Below are positions 9,618-21,864 of a DNA stretch of 64,000 nt, one piece after another. The stretch is from the NCBI GenBank assembly GCA_963800645.1, contig CAWDBX010000003.1, positions 4,178 to 68,177 of the forward strand. The letters run 5' to 3'. How positions within the stretch are numbered: position 1 is the stretch's first letter; every line of letters begins with the position of its first letter. The translations under genes were made by a program, and so were the position numbers. This stretch comes from an uncultured Bacteroidales bacterium (GTDB taxonomy: Bacteria; Bacteroidota; Bacteroidia; Bacteroidales; UBA10428). The notes beneath the pieces were generated by a model that was given only the letters and a program-made list of their open reading frames with translations, was not told the origin of the DNA and did no database searches.

Positions 9618-11027
9618 ATGGTGAAGGATAAAAATGGAAAGAAGAAAACCAGAAACAGGTACAAAGAATTTCATCATCTTCATACGTTATCATTGACCAT
9701 TTTTATTGGTATTCCACTTTTCTTTCCTAATTATCAGGCCCAGAAAGAGCGGTATGAGCATGGGTGAGGTACTTCAACGAAAAATGAACAGAACCAGTGA
9801 CTACAGATTCACTTCCGGAGGACAATTACATGGACAAATCTGGTTGGGGAAAAGATCGATTTTCTGGTATCCCAGCCTATCGGACAGACATTTACGGAAC
9901 CACCCATGATTTCTAATCTGGCGGTGGCAGATCTGGATGGTGATGGCCTCCTGGATATTATTGCCTGTGACACCAAAAACAATTTTGTTTCATGGATAAG
10001 GCAATATCCTGCCGGGACCTATACCGAAAAGATTCTGGCGGATGACTTGCTGGCGCCTGCCCATGCACAGGTCATTGATTTTGATAAAGATGGCGATAAT
10101 GATATTATGATTGCCGTGCTCGGGATGCTGTTTCCGTCCAATGACAAAATCGGTTCCGTGGTTATCCTGGAAAATACCGGGAAGAATCATTTCAGGAAAC
10201 ATGTGGTGGTGGAGAAAATTGCCCGTGTTTCGGATGTCAGGGCAGGTGATCTGGACGGTGACGGAGATATGGATCTTGCTGTTGCCCAGTTTGGTTATGA
10301 TGACGGGGAAACCCGGTGGATTGAAAACCTTGGTAACTGGAATTTTAAGAGTCATATTCTCCAGAATCTTTCGGGTCCTATTAATGTTGAAAATATTGAT
10401 ATTGATAACGATGGCGATCTGGATATCATATCCCTTGTGAGCCAGGAATGGGAAGAAATCTACTGCTTTATAAATGACGGCAAGGCGAATTTTCAGCTCA
10501 GGCTGCTGTGGGGATCCAGTAATGAAGACTTTGGTTCCAGCGGATTTATATGTATGATCTTAACCAGGATGGTAAAATGGACATTCTTTACACCAACGGT
10601 GATGCATTTGATTATATCCCGCCCCAGGGTCGACCCTGGCATGGCGTCCAGTGGCTTGAGAATAAAGGAAACCTGAATTTTGAGTTCCACCGGATCGTGT
10701 AATTTTATCGGTGCCTACAGCGTGCGTCCTGTTGATATTGATAATGACGGTGATCTTGATCTTTTTGCGGTAAGCGCATTTAATCTCTGGGAGAAACCCG
10801 AATCCCAAAGTTTTATCTGGCTTGAGAATACCGGCAACATGCAATTCAAGAAACACGACATTGCAAATTCACCCACCCATCTGGTTACTCTTGAATTGGG
10901 TGACTTCAATAATGATGGACTAATGGATTTCGTTACAGGAGGGATGCATGCATATCCCCCCTATGACCGCATGAGCAGGATAACATTGTGGATGAACAAC
11001 GGAATACTGCCCGCGGCAAAAAAATAA
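9618..11027 (+). CDS. FG-GAP/VCBS repeat protein (frame breaks near 9700-9900 and 10560-10680)
   Basis: Repeated Ca-binding-type motifs DLDGDGLLDII, DFDKDGDNDIM, DLDGDGDMDLAV, DIDNDGDLDII, DIDNDGDLDLF and GDFNNDGLMDFV in ORFs 9906..10676 and 10680..11027. N-terminal TM in the 9618 frame. Confidence 0.7.
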
Positions 11028-11078
11028 TGTTATCAGCATTCATAAGGCAACAGGAACCAAATCAAATCTCAGATAAGA

Positions 11079-11735
11079 ATGAAATTCAGCATTGCAAAAT
11101 TATTCACGGTAACCTTGCTATTGTTGGCATTGCTCAGTTGCAAACCCACTGTAAAAGATGTGGACGGCAATAAATACAAAACCGTGACCATTGGCACACA
11201 GGTATGGATGGCAGAGAATCTGAAAACCACCCGGTACAATGATGGAACACCCATACCCCTGGTTACCGATTATGAGGAATGGGCGGCATTGACCACACCT
11301 GCGTACTGCTGGTACAATAACGATAGTTCACACAAGGAAGTGTATGGCGCTTTGTACAACTGGTATGCCGTGAATACGGCCAAAATATGCCCGGAAGGCT
11401 GGCACGTACCTTCCGATGAAGAATGGATAGAATTGAGAAACTATCTGGGAAGTTTCAGATTTGTGGGCAGTGATCTGAAAGAAACAGGCACAAGCCACTG
11501 GAAAAGTCCCAATGCGGATGCCACCAATAAAAGCGGTTTTACGGCCCTTCCGGGAGGCCTCCGCAGTTTCAACGGCTCATTCAGCTACATTGGGATCGCC
11601 GGTTACTGGTGGACCTCTTCAGAGTACACCTCTACCAATGTGCATTTCTGGAACCTCCGGTACAAAAACAGTGATTTCTTCACTTATATCGCCGAAAAGC
11701 CCAATGGACTTTGTATCCGCTGTATTCAGGATTAA
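11079..11735 (+). CDS. FISUMP (Fibrobacter succinogenes major paralogous) domain lipoprotein
   Basis: Lipobox LALLSC. DGNKYKTVTIGTQVWMAENL, YGALYNWY, CPEGWHVPSDEEW, GFTALPGG and IRCIQD are the hallmark blocks of this domain. Confidence 0.85.
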   Translation: MKFSIAKLFTVTLLLLALLSCKPTVKDVDGNKYKTVTIGTQVWMAENLKTTRYNDGTPIPLVTDYEEWAALTTPAYCWYNNDSSHKEVYGALYNWYAVNTAKICPEGWHVPSDEEWIELRNYLGSFRFVGSDLKETGTSHWKSPNADATNKSGFTALPGGLRSFNGSFSYIGIAGYWWTSSEYTSTNVHFWNLRYKNSDFFTYIAEKPNGLCIRCIQD

Positions 11736-11787
11736 TCGTTCTTTTGCCTGCCGAACACCAATAACCTGATACGGCCCGGTGCTGCTT

Positions 11788-12483
11788 TCACTCTTCCTCC
11801 ATCACCTTCAGATTCCTGAAATATATCGGAGCGCCGGCATGCTTGCCCTGTAGTCCGATACGGCCATGGGTGGCCAGTTCGGCGAAAGGCGTACTTAGCC
11901 AGGAAGGGATCTCGCTGCCATCGGGATTGGTTTTTGCACTGGTCCACAAAGCCATGTTCATTTCGTTAACCTGCATGCCATTCAGCATCACCTGGATGAT
12001 CTGACCCTTGCAGGTAATGGTCATCCGGTTCCATTCGCCGGGTTTCTTGACCATGCTTTTGGCCGCACCAAGGTGACCGAATATGGCGCCACACTGCCAG
12101 GTTTTCGGGCTCTCAGCCCATTGTTTGGCAAAATCATCGGCTATCTGTATTTCAACTGAATTGGGAATCCAGTTTTCAAGATTGGTGCAGTATACAATCA
12201 CCCCGCTGTTGGTTCCTTCCGCCGTTTTAAACTCAAGATCCACCACGAAATTCGAATAGTCTTTTTTTGTCCAGATACACTGGTCCTCGCTGGCTGTCAG
12301 AATGCCCTCCGTGAATGTCCATATTCCGGCCGGAAACTCTGCATCGGATAAATCTTTTGCGAACAGATCATCCCACCCGGTACTTTTGGGATGTACTATG
12401 GGAACAACCGTGGATTGCTGTGCAGGAACAAATGCAGGGCAAAGGAGGCCCATGACCGTTAAAAGGAGTGTTGTGTATTTCAT
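11788..12483 (-). CDS. DUF1080 (3-keto-disaccharide hydrolase-like) secreted protein
   Basis: Signal peptide. NSGVIVY, EIQIADD, GEWNRMTI, MLNG and GRIGLQGKHAGAPIYFRNLKV match the DUF1080 pattern. Confidence 0.85.
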   Translation of the reverse strand: MKYTTLLLTVMGLLCPAFVPAQQSTVVPIVHPKSTGWDDLFAKDLSDAEFPAGIWTFTEGILTASEDQCIWTKKDYSNFVVDLEFKTAEGTNSGVIVYCTNLENWIPNSVEIQIADDFAKQWAESPKTWQCGAIFGHLGAAKSMVKKPGEWNRMTITCKGQIIQVMLNGMQVNEMNMALWTSAKTNPDGSEIPSWLSTPFAELATHGRIGLQGKHAGAPIYFRNLKVMEEE

Positions 12484-12526
12484 ATCGCTTTTGTTAGAAA
12501 TTTGTCAACCGTGTAATTCATCCTGT

Positions 12527-13039
12527 TTAGTGCGAGGACCATTTTACCAGAAAATTCCCAAACCGGTACACCAGGTCCGGGAATAATCCTTTGTGCAGGT
12601 CATGCGCTTCCTTCTTTCCCGAAAATCCCCTCGCAAAGCCCGGTCCGAAGATCTCCGTACCCAGTGCCAGGATCTTTTTTTCCCCTTCTTTCCCGATACG
12701 TTTCCTGAAATGGCTGAAGTCGCTGAAATAGAACGGCGCTTTATGCTGAAAATACACCTCCCCGCAGAAGTACTGCCAGTAGGGATTCTCGGTCCAGTGC
12801 GCCAATGCACTTTTATCGCTGTGCCTGTATACCTGCCGGAGCATGAGGAGACCTACCATGGTGCGGATGGGTACGGAAGGAGCCCCTTTCTGACTATAGT
12901 AACCGGCGAATTCCTTTTCAACTTGTAACCAGTCGGTATTCCTGACCCTTTTGCACAGATCGTGCCCGGGATCAATGAAATGAATCAGGGGAACCTCGGC
13001 AATATTCAGCTGCGGATTCCTGTCGGTTTTACCCAGCAT
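12527..13039 (-). mobile_element. IS5-family transposase N-terminal remnant (DDE catalytic part missing)
   Basis: PSVPIRTMVGLLMLRQVYRHSDKSALAHWTENPYWQYFCGEVYFQHKAPFYFSDFSHFRKRIGKEG matches the InsH-type N-terminal transposase domain. The ORF ends after ~170 aa against the DUF1080 gene. Confidence 0.7.
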
Positions 13040-13194
13040 AAAATTATGGGTTTAAAACAAATTTAACATTTTTTCCGACGTAAACCATAGAAAATCATCC
13101 GGAAACATATTGTCCCGGAGCGCACAATTACCGAACCTGATATTGGATATAAGCGTATAAATATTACTTTTAACGTTTCAAATTGATTATTGGC

Positions 13195-15214
13195 ATGAGA
13201 CAGGTCCTTCTTCTTGCATGTTGCTGGATTTTCTTCCCCGGGCCGGCAGCTGCCCAGTCATTTTCCAACAGCAACCTGCCCATCGTGGTCATCAATACCG
13301 ACGGAGGATCACCCATCGTTGATGATCCACGGGTACTGGCAACCATGAAAATCATTTACAGGGGGCCCGGCCAACGAAATTATTTAACCGATCAGAACAA
13401 TCCTGCTTACCTCGATTATGACGGAAGGATCGAAATTGAGATCCGGGGATCCTCCTCGCAGTACACCGAAAAGAAGCAATACGGCTTTTCTACTTTGCAG
13501 GCTGATAATGTCACCAATAACAATGTAAGCTTGCTGGGCCTGCCAGGTGAACACGACTGGATATACAACAGCATGACCTTTGATCCGGCGTTGATCCGTG
13601 ATTATCTTTCGTTACAACCTGGCACGGAAAACAGGGAACTATGCCACCCGAACAGTGTATTGTGAATTGGTCATCAATGGTGTTCATGCGGGCCTCTACC
13701 TGCTCCAGGAAAAGATCAAGGCTGACGACGACAGGGTGAACATTGTGAAGATCACACCCACCGACAATGTTGCACCTGCAGTAACCGGTGGTTTTATCAC
13801 CAAAGCGGATAAAACTACGGGAGGTGATCCGGTGGCCTGGACCATGTTTTCGCGTCTTGATGCAGATGTAAACTACATTCACGATCTGCCCGATCCCGAA
13901 AATGCCACTATGGCGCAGACCAATTATATAAAAAGTCAGTTTCAGCTGCTCGAATCCAACACCGACAACAACAGCCTGGCAAACGGTTTTCCATCGGTCA
14001 TTGATGTGCCCTCGTTTGTGGACTTCCTCCTGGTTAACGAACTGTCATCCAATGCCGACGCTTATCAGTACAGTACCTATTTCCACAAGGACAGGAATGG
14101 GAAATTAAAAGCCGGTCCGATCTGGGATCACGACCTGACCTATGGAAACGATCTGTTTTTCTGGGGATTTGACAGGAGCAAAACCAATGTCTGGCAGTTC
14201 TCCAACGAGGATAATGAGGGATCCAGATTCTGGTATGATCTGTTTAACAATTCCACTTTCAGGTGTTATGCCTCGAGAAGGTGGAACGAACTTACCCAGC
14301 CGGGACAACCCTTTAACCCGGACGAGCTGGAAGCCTTTATCGATCTTACCGTGGCTGAAATCAGCGAGGGTGCGGCCAGGGATTATACCCGCTGGGCAAC
14401 ATCGGGGAACCACCAGCAGCACATCAACAACATCAAATCCTGGCTCAATACCCGGATCAGCTGGATAACCTCCTACCTGGGTCCCTATGCGGATTGCGCC
14501 AACGTAAGCGTTCCCCCGCTGGTGATCACCAAAATCATGTACCATCCCGATTCCACCACTGAGTTTCCCGACAATGAACTGGAATTCATTGAGATCACCA
14601 ACAACAGCAATCAGACCGTCAACCTGACGGGAGTATATTTCAGAAGCACCGATCCGGTTTACCAGTTCCCGGTTGGGACCAACCTGGGTCCGTACACCTC
14701 CTACTATATTGCCAGCAATGTGCTGGCCTTCCAGTCACATTACGGCAGCGTTCCCATGGGAGAGTATTCCAGGCATCTTTCCAACGAAGACCAGAACCTG
14801 ATTCTGGCTGACGGCTTCGGCAACATCATCGATTTCGTCCGGTATCAGGACAGCATCCCGTGGCCCGATGCCGACGGCAACGGATATTATCTGCAACTGA
14901 TCAACCCCGGTATGGATAACAGTCTTGCCACCAGCTGGACGGCCTCCAATGACGTCATCCTGTCGGACCGGAACCTGTCTGAGGAAATGAATTTGCGGTT
15001 ATATCCGAATCCGGTCAGGGACATCCTGAGTATCCAGGTGGGAAGTAAGATCGTTTCGCTTCATTTGACGGATATGCAGGGTCGTCTGCTGGTGAACGTC
15101 GCCGTGAATGATGAGTTTTATGAGTTCGACATGAGCCGTTTCCACAGAGGTGCCTATGTCCTCAGGATCATCACGGCCGACAGAACCTATACGGCCAAGA
15201 TCATCAGGGAATAA
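13195..15214 (+). CDS. CotH family protein with lamin-tail-like domain and T9SS C-terminal sorting domain (one frame break near 13600-13660)
   Basis: NLPIVVINTDGG, YCELVINGVHAGLYLLQEKIK and YFHKDRNGKLKAGPIWDHDLTYGN (CotH). LEFIEITNNSNQTVNLTGVYF (LTD). LRLYPNPVRDILSIQV...YTAKIIRE (Por/T9SS CTD). Confidence 0.85.
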
Positions 15215-15221
15215 GCGCCGG

Positions 15222-16682
15222 TCACACCTGCTGGTAACAGCGCACCCAGTCCACTTCCATTTCGGCGGGCAATACCGAACCGTCCACGTCCTGGTACAGC
15301 GAAGAGCTGATGTTGATATACATGGGGACATGGGGGACACCCTGTCCGGTAGATTTTACGGGAATACCGTTGAGTTTCCAGGTTAGTTTATCCTTGGTCC
15401 ATTCCAGCGAGAAAATATGGTAATCAAAGCCATAGCGGTCCCTGCTCATGCTGGCTGATTGCTTGTCCACCCCGCCCCTTACATTGGGATTTCCCCAGTA
15501 GCTGCCCACGGAGATTTTTCTGTTGGCCTTGGCTACGTCTATGTGTGGCAGCATCAATTCCGAGATCATCCAGAATCCGTGGCTCACGGGAAAATTCCGG
15601 TTGAACCTTATTTTGGCTTCGAAAAATCCGTATTGTTGCCGGAAATGATTGCCCGAATTGATGATGGCAGAAGTATATTCAAAATCGCGGGTAAAGAAGC
15701 CCATGGCAGGATTCCATACCTTGCCCTTTACCTTTTCGCGGCGGGTTTTAATCTTCAGCACACTGTTGGCAATCTCGATATTCTTATCCTCTGTGAAATA
15801 CTGTTTTTCCCCGGCATTTACATAACTGTCCTTTAAAAGCGTTTCTCCCCAGTAATACCGGGTGAGCCATTTGCTTTTATCGAGTTTATGCACATCAAAT
15901 TCATCGGAGAAGGTGAGTTGCCAGTGCTTTATTTCCTCATATTTCGCGGAATTCCTGTTTTTGAAGTACCACCTGAACTTGTCGGATTTCTTCAGCTCAT
16001 GGTATTTTTGTTCCATGCGGATATTCTTCCGACATCTCCAGCTTTTTCTTTCCCGGAAGCAACATGTAGTCCTTCACCTTGGCGAAGGGTTCGGACTGTA
16101 TGAATTTTCCGAGTTGTTCAAATCCGGTGATCTTTTCAGAACCGATCATCAGGGTGAAATTCACATAGTCCTTGGAGGATTTGAAAGCAAAATACTCCCG
16201 GAAACGCTCTGATTTTTTCAGGGCTTCGAAATTCCAGAAGTTTTTCATATTCCGGGGTTTCTTTAAACCGCTTTTTCCCGAGGCTTTTCCGCAGCCGGAC
16301 AAACTCCTCCGAATGGACCAGTTTCTCCAGGGTATGGTAATGTTTAACATCGTATGATTTGTCGAATTCCAGAAAGTCTTTCAGTGCGACAGAATCGCTG
16401 GGTTTGATAATACCGTTTGATGTCCTTCCGTTTTTTCAGGGAGAGGTATTCCTTTTCTTTTTGATATTCAGGCGTATCCGAATAGCGCTGGCGGAGGATG
16501 GTCCTTTTCCTCCGGGCAAAATCCGAGGAGTTCACGGTCTTTTCCAGATCGAGATAATCAGCCAGTTCCTTCGATTGTGAAAAGGCCTTCAGTTCGAGAT
16601 ATTCTGCTCTCAGATTGTCCAGTTTTGCCTCGTATTCCGCTGTTTTCGGAACCCACCCGAAAAGAATTCTAAAGTTGGTCAT
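15222..16682 (-). CDS. GH16-fold (concanavalin-like) domain protein with an N-terminal repetitive helical region; two frame breaks
   Basis: Fragments 16344..16682, 15997..16350 and 15222..16016. GH16-like blocks YGFFEAKIRF, GFWMIS, YHIFSLEWTKDKLTWKLNG, PMYINISS and EMEVDWVRCY. The expected ExDxxE is HIDVAK here. Confidence 0.7.
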
Positions 16683-16899
16683 TGGTTTGAATAGATTCTG
16701 TTTCTGAAAATTAAACTAAAATAACCCGTTAAGATTGTGTGGTAACGCCACTTTTTGATAAATATACGAAAAAGAAATTTCTGTCATAAATGAAACACTG
16801 AAAGTATACGGAATTTTATGCAGGAAGTTATGGTAATCGGAAGTCTTGCTTTCACTCCGCCCGGCATGACGCGTTTGTATCCCGGGCGCAGCAGAAGGG

Positions 16900-17625
16900 T
16901 CACCCCAGCTTTTTGAAAAACATCATCAGGGCAAACCAGTATTCGCCATTGTTTTCATAGGAATGGCAGAATGCCCCGGTGCCCCGTATGCCCTTGCTCT
17001 TTTCGGGCTTGAACAGCATGAGTTGTTCAGCCGGCATTCCGGCCAGCATTTTCTGGAGGTAGGGATATTCCGTTTGCGTGGCGCACACGAAAACCTGCTG
17101 GTTGACTTTCCGCACTTCCTCTCCCACCGTCATCAGCGGCTGAAAATATTCTCCGGGACTTATGGCAATCACGGCCTTCACGAGGGGATTGCCGGCAGCC
17201 GCCAGCAAACACAGGGATGCCGAGTAGGAACTTCCCAGCAGGATCACCGGGCGTTTGCTGATGCCCTGGACATAACGGATGGCAGCATTGATATCAGCGG
17301 CCGCATCAAGGGGCCGGACCGTTCTTTTATCGGTAAGTGCCTGACTGGCGGTCTCATTCTGGACAAATCCCGATTTTCCCCCGGCCCTGAGATCAACCGC
17401 CAGGCAGTTATAATTCAGGTTCAATAAACGGGGGGCCATTTCGTAATACTCACTGCGGTTCGAACCGTCCTGGTGACATAGAATGATAAAGGGTTGCTGA
17501 TGGTTATGCATATACAGGTCGGCACGGACCTTAAGACCATCATCGGCATAAAAATACACTGCTTCCTGCCCGGTTACTGCATTCAGGGCAGCACAGAGAA
17601 AGAAAAGAAGTATAGGAATTTTCAT
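16900..17625 (-). CDS. secreted alpha/beta hydrolase (dienelactone-hydrolase-like)
   Basis: Intact 241-aa ORF. Signal peptide, HQDGSNRSEY, and nucleophile elbow LLGSSYSASL. Confidence 0.75.
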   Translation of the reverse strand: MKIPILLFFLCAALNAVTGQEAVYFYADDGLKVRADLYMHNHQQPFIILCHQDGSNRSEYYEMAPRLLNLNYNCLAVDLRAGGKSGFVQNETASQALTDKRTVRPLDAAADINAAIRYVQGISKRPVILLGSSYSASLCLLAAAGNPLVKAVIAISPGEYFQPLMTVGEEVRKVNQQVFVCATQTEYPYLQKMLAGMPAEQLMLFKPEKSKGIRGTGAFCHSYENNGEYWFALMMFFKKLG

Positions 17626-17657
17626 AAAAGCCCCTCTTCCGGTAAAAAAGCAGGGAA

Positions 17658-17901
17658 TCAGCCTGTTACTGCAAGAATGGTAATGATGTTTGCCTTAACC
17701 TCAATAATACCGGAGTTAATATCAATAAATTCCTGTTTGTCCCGATCGGTGATCACCTTGATGCTTCCCTTGTGTGAGGGTGGAGATCACCGGGGCATGG
17801 TTTTTCAATACCTCAAAAGAGCCCTTGGCGCCGGGTACCTGCACCAGCTTTACTTTTCCGTCGAAAAGCCTTTTTTCCGGGGTGATGATTTCGAGTTTCA
17901 C
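17658..17901 (-). CDS. atpC: F0F1 ATP synthase epsilon subunit (one frame break)
   Basis: Hand translation: (GTG)KLEIITPEKRLFDGKVKLVQVPGAKGSFEVLKNHAPVISTL, then GSIKVITDRDKQEFIDINSGIIEVKANIITILA. Immediately downstream of atpD. Confidence 0.75.
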
Positions 17902-17916
17902 GGGGCTGCGGTTTGA

Positions 17917-19435
<1,519 letters not shown>

Positions 19436-19715
19436 TACTATATGTCTTTTAAAATTTATTGTCACAAATATATTACTAAAATGATTACTTTGACAAATTA
19501 CCGTCCCAATAATCACAAGATTATTTCAACCTGTTCCCGACTCCTGCCGTTGAGAAGAGGGACAGCAGTGAAGAAACACCGATTCATCCCAGTAAACATC
19601 ATTTATAACATCCATTCCGAATAATCATCAAAAAAAACCGTAATTCATACATCACATGCTTAGTCCTTTTTTAATTTTGTTTGCATAAACCCTAAATAAT
19701 CTAAATTAACATCGT

Positions 19716-20288
19716 ATGAAAAAGACAATTAAAATTATTGCATTTTGCCTTTTGCTGGCTCTTTTACTTCCCTCTGGCACCCTCAATGCACAATTATTCG
19801 ATAAGGGCGATATTGTTTTCAATGCCGGCATTGGCTGGGATCCACCTATTATACTTATGGTAGTTATTACACACAAGTTCCGCCGCTGTTTTTGTCCGGT
19901 GATTATTGCCTCCGAGAGGATCTGGGACCCGGAAACCTGGGAGTTGGCGGATTATTGGCTTTTCCTCCTACAAATACCATTATGATGTCTCAGGTTAGAT
20001 TATGGCTGGAAATATAAAACCCTGATCATTGCGCGCCCGAGGAACCTATCATTTCACCGAACTGGTGGAGAAGCTCGATATATACGGCGGTGTAACTGGT
20101 GGGAGCAAAAATTGTGTCCACGAGCATTTGGGGACTATACAGGCAGCGATTATTCGGTGAATAAAGGCGGTCCTGTATTTGACATTTTCGCCGGCGCCCG
20201 GTATTATTTCACCGATAATTTTGCAGTAATGAGCGAACTGGGTTACGGTATTGCCTGGTTTAAAATTGGTCTTTCTCTTAAATTCTGA
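19716..20288 (+). CDS. small outer-membrane beta-barrel-type protein (frame-broken)
   Basis: Signal peptide MKKTIKIIAFCLLLALLLPSGTLNAQ. C-terminal GARYYFTDNFAVMSELGYGIAWFKIGLSLKF* by hand translation. Confidence 0.45.
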
Positions 20289-20481
20289 GCATTCCCTTTA
20301 TTGTTAAAGGGTTATTCCAGCTGTGTTGACCATGCCTCCGGGTAACCCTTTTTTCTTTTATCCTCCTTTATCCTTCATTGGACTGCTAAACACAAAATTG
20401 TTGATAATATTTTTACAACCATTTTTCTGTACTCCGTATAATTGCAAACAAAGATCAATTTAAAAATTAACGGTTTCCGGC

Positions 20482-20875
20482 ATGGAGAACAAACTAATTT
20501 TTTTTGTGGACGATGATAAAATGATGCTGAATTTAATGGAGTATACTTTTAAATGCAGGGAAGGTTTCGATGTCCGATCGTTTTATTCAGGTGAAGAATG
20601 CCTTGAAAATTTGCATTTAAAACCCAGTCTGATTGTACTGGATTACTACCTGGGCGAGGGAGAATCAACGGCCATGACGGGACTTGACACCCTGAAAAAG
20701 ATCACACGAACAGACCAGAAATATCCCCGTGGTTATTCTCAGCCGTGAAAAAGACAAGACCCTGATCAGTAAATTTCTTCATTATGGCGCTATGCAATAC
20801 GTCATAAAGGATGATTTCTTCATCAACACCTTGATTGAAACGGTGGAGAATTATTTCATGGAAAAACTGGATTAG
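20482..20875 (+). CDS. single-domain response regulator (one frame break near 20740)
   Basis: FFVDDDKMMLNLM and LIVLDYYL (phospho-acceptor Asp region). The tail continues as VVILSREKDKTLISKFLHYGAMQYVIKD in another frame. Confidence 0.8.
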
Positions 20876-20876
20876 G

Positions 20877-21018
20877 AAGAAGGGACGAGGGACAAGGGAC
20901 AAGGGACAAGTGGGATTTGGGTTTTGGGAATAGTGCATGCCCAAACACATGCCCCGTACTCACTCGTCCCTTGTCCCTCGTCCCTTGTCCCTTGTCCCTC
21001 GTCCCTTGTCCCTTCTTT
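20877..21018. repeat. long imperfect palindrome whose arms are tandem heptamers (GGGACAA/GGGACGA versus TTGTCCC/TCGTCCC)
   Basis: Left arm gaagggacgagggacaagggacaagggacaag. Right arm ctcgtcccttgtccctcgtcccttgtcccttgtccctcgtcccttgtcccttc. It starts 2 nt after the response-regulator stop codon. Confidence 0.9.
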
Positions 21019-21086
21019 CTAAATTTCCTTTGTTATTCTCAAATTAATTCCTACTTTTGCACCACTTTTTTTTATTCGGCTAAGTT

Positions 21087-21610
21087 TTGAAAATTGAAAA
21101 TCAGTATATTATTCATTTCAAAGGGCTGAAAGAAGGTATTCATGATTTTGCATTTACCATTGGAAAACCGTTCTTTGAAGCATTTGAACAGCTTGAAGTT
21201 CCCGATGGAAATCTCGACGTTCAGGTTGAACTGAATAAAAGACTCAATTTCTGGAGCTTGACATTGATCTTCAGGGTGATCTGCAGGCCCAGTGTGATCG
21301 CTGCCTGGGCTATTTTAGCCTGCCGGTTACCTACAGCGGCATCTGGTAGTAAGGTTCAGTGAAACAGATAAAGAACCCGACGATGAGGTAATCTTTCTTC
21401 ATCCCGAGGAATACCAGCTTGATCTGAAGCATTACCTGTATGAATGCATCAGCCTGAGTATTCCCCATTCGGAAAGTTCATCCTGATCTGCCGGACGGAG
21501 AACCGGGATGTGATCCGGAAATGCTAAAAAGACTGGATGAAATGCTTGATAAAAGATTAAAGGAGGAACTGATAAAATCAACAGAACACAAGCTTGACAA
21601 CACTCCATAA
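21087..21610 (+). CDS. YceD/DUF177 family protein (frame-broken)
   Basis: Conserved position upstream of rpmF. CDRCLGYFSLPV motif in a shifted frame. N-terminal IIHFKGLKEGIHDFAFTI. Confidence 0.7.
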
Positions 21611-21643
21611 ACATTAAAATTCATAATTCATAATTGATACATT

Positions 21644-21829
21644 ATGCCTAATCCGAAACGTAGACATTCGAAACAGCGGAGAGATAAAAGAAGGACACAT
21701 GACAAGGCCGTCGTGCCTACGCTTGGAACATGCCAGAATTGCGGTGCTGCCATCCAGTATCACAGGGTTTGTCCCGAATGCGGTTATTATAAAGGAAAAC
21801 CTGCCATTAAGAAAGAAGTTGCTGCCTAA
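21644..21829 (+). CDS. rpmF: 50S ribosomal protein L32
   Basis: Intact: MPNPKRRHSKQRRDKRRTHDK...CQNCGAAIQYHRVCPECGYYKGK. Confidence 0.95.
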   Translation: MPNPKRRHSKQRRDKRRTHDKAVVPTLGTCQNCGAAIQYHRVCPECGYYKGKPAIKKEVAA

Positions 21830-21864
21830 TATGCAACACGCATTAACCAATGATCTGAATGATC

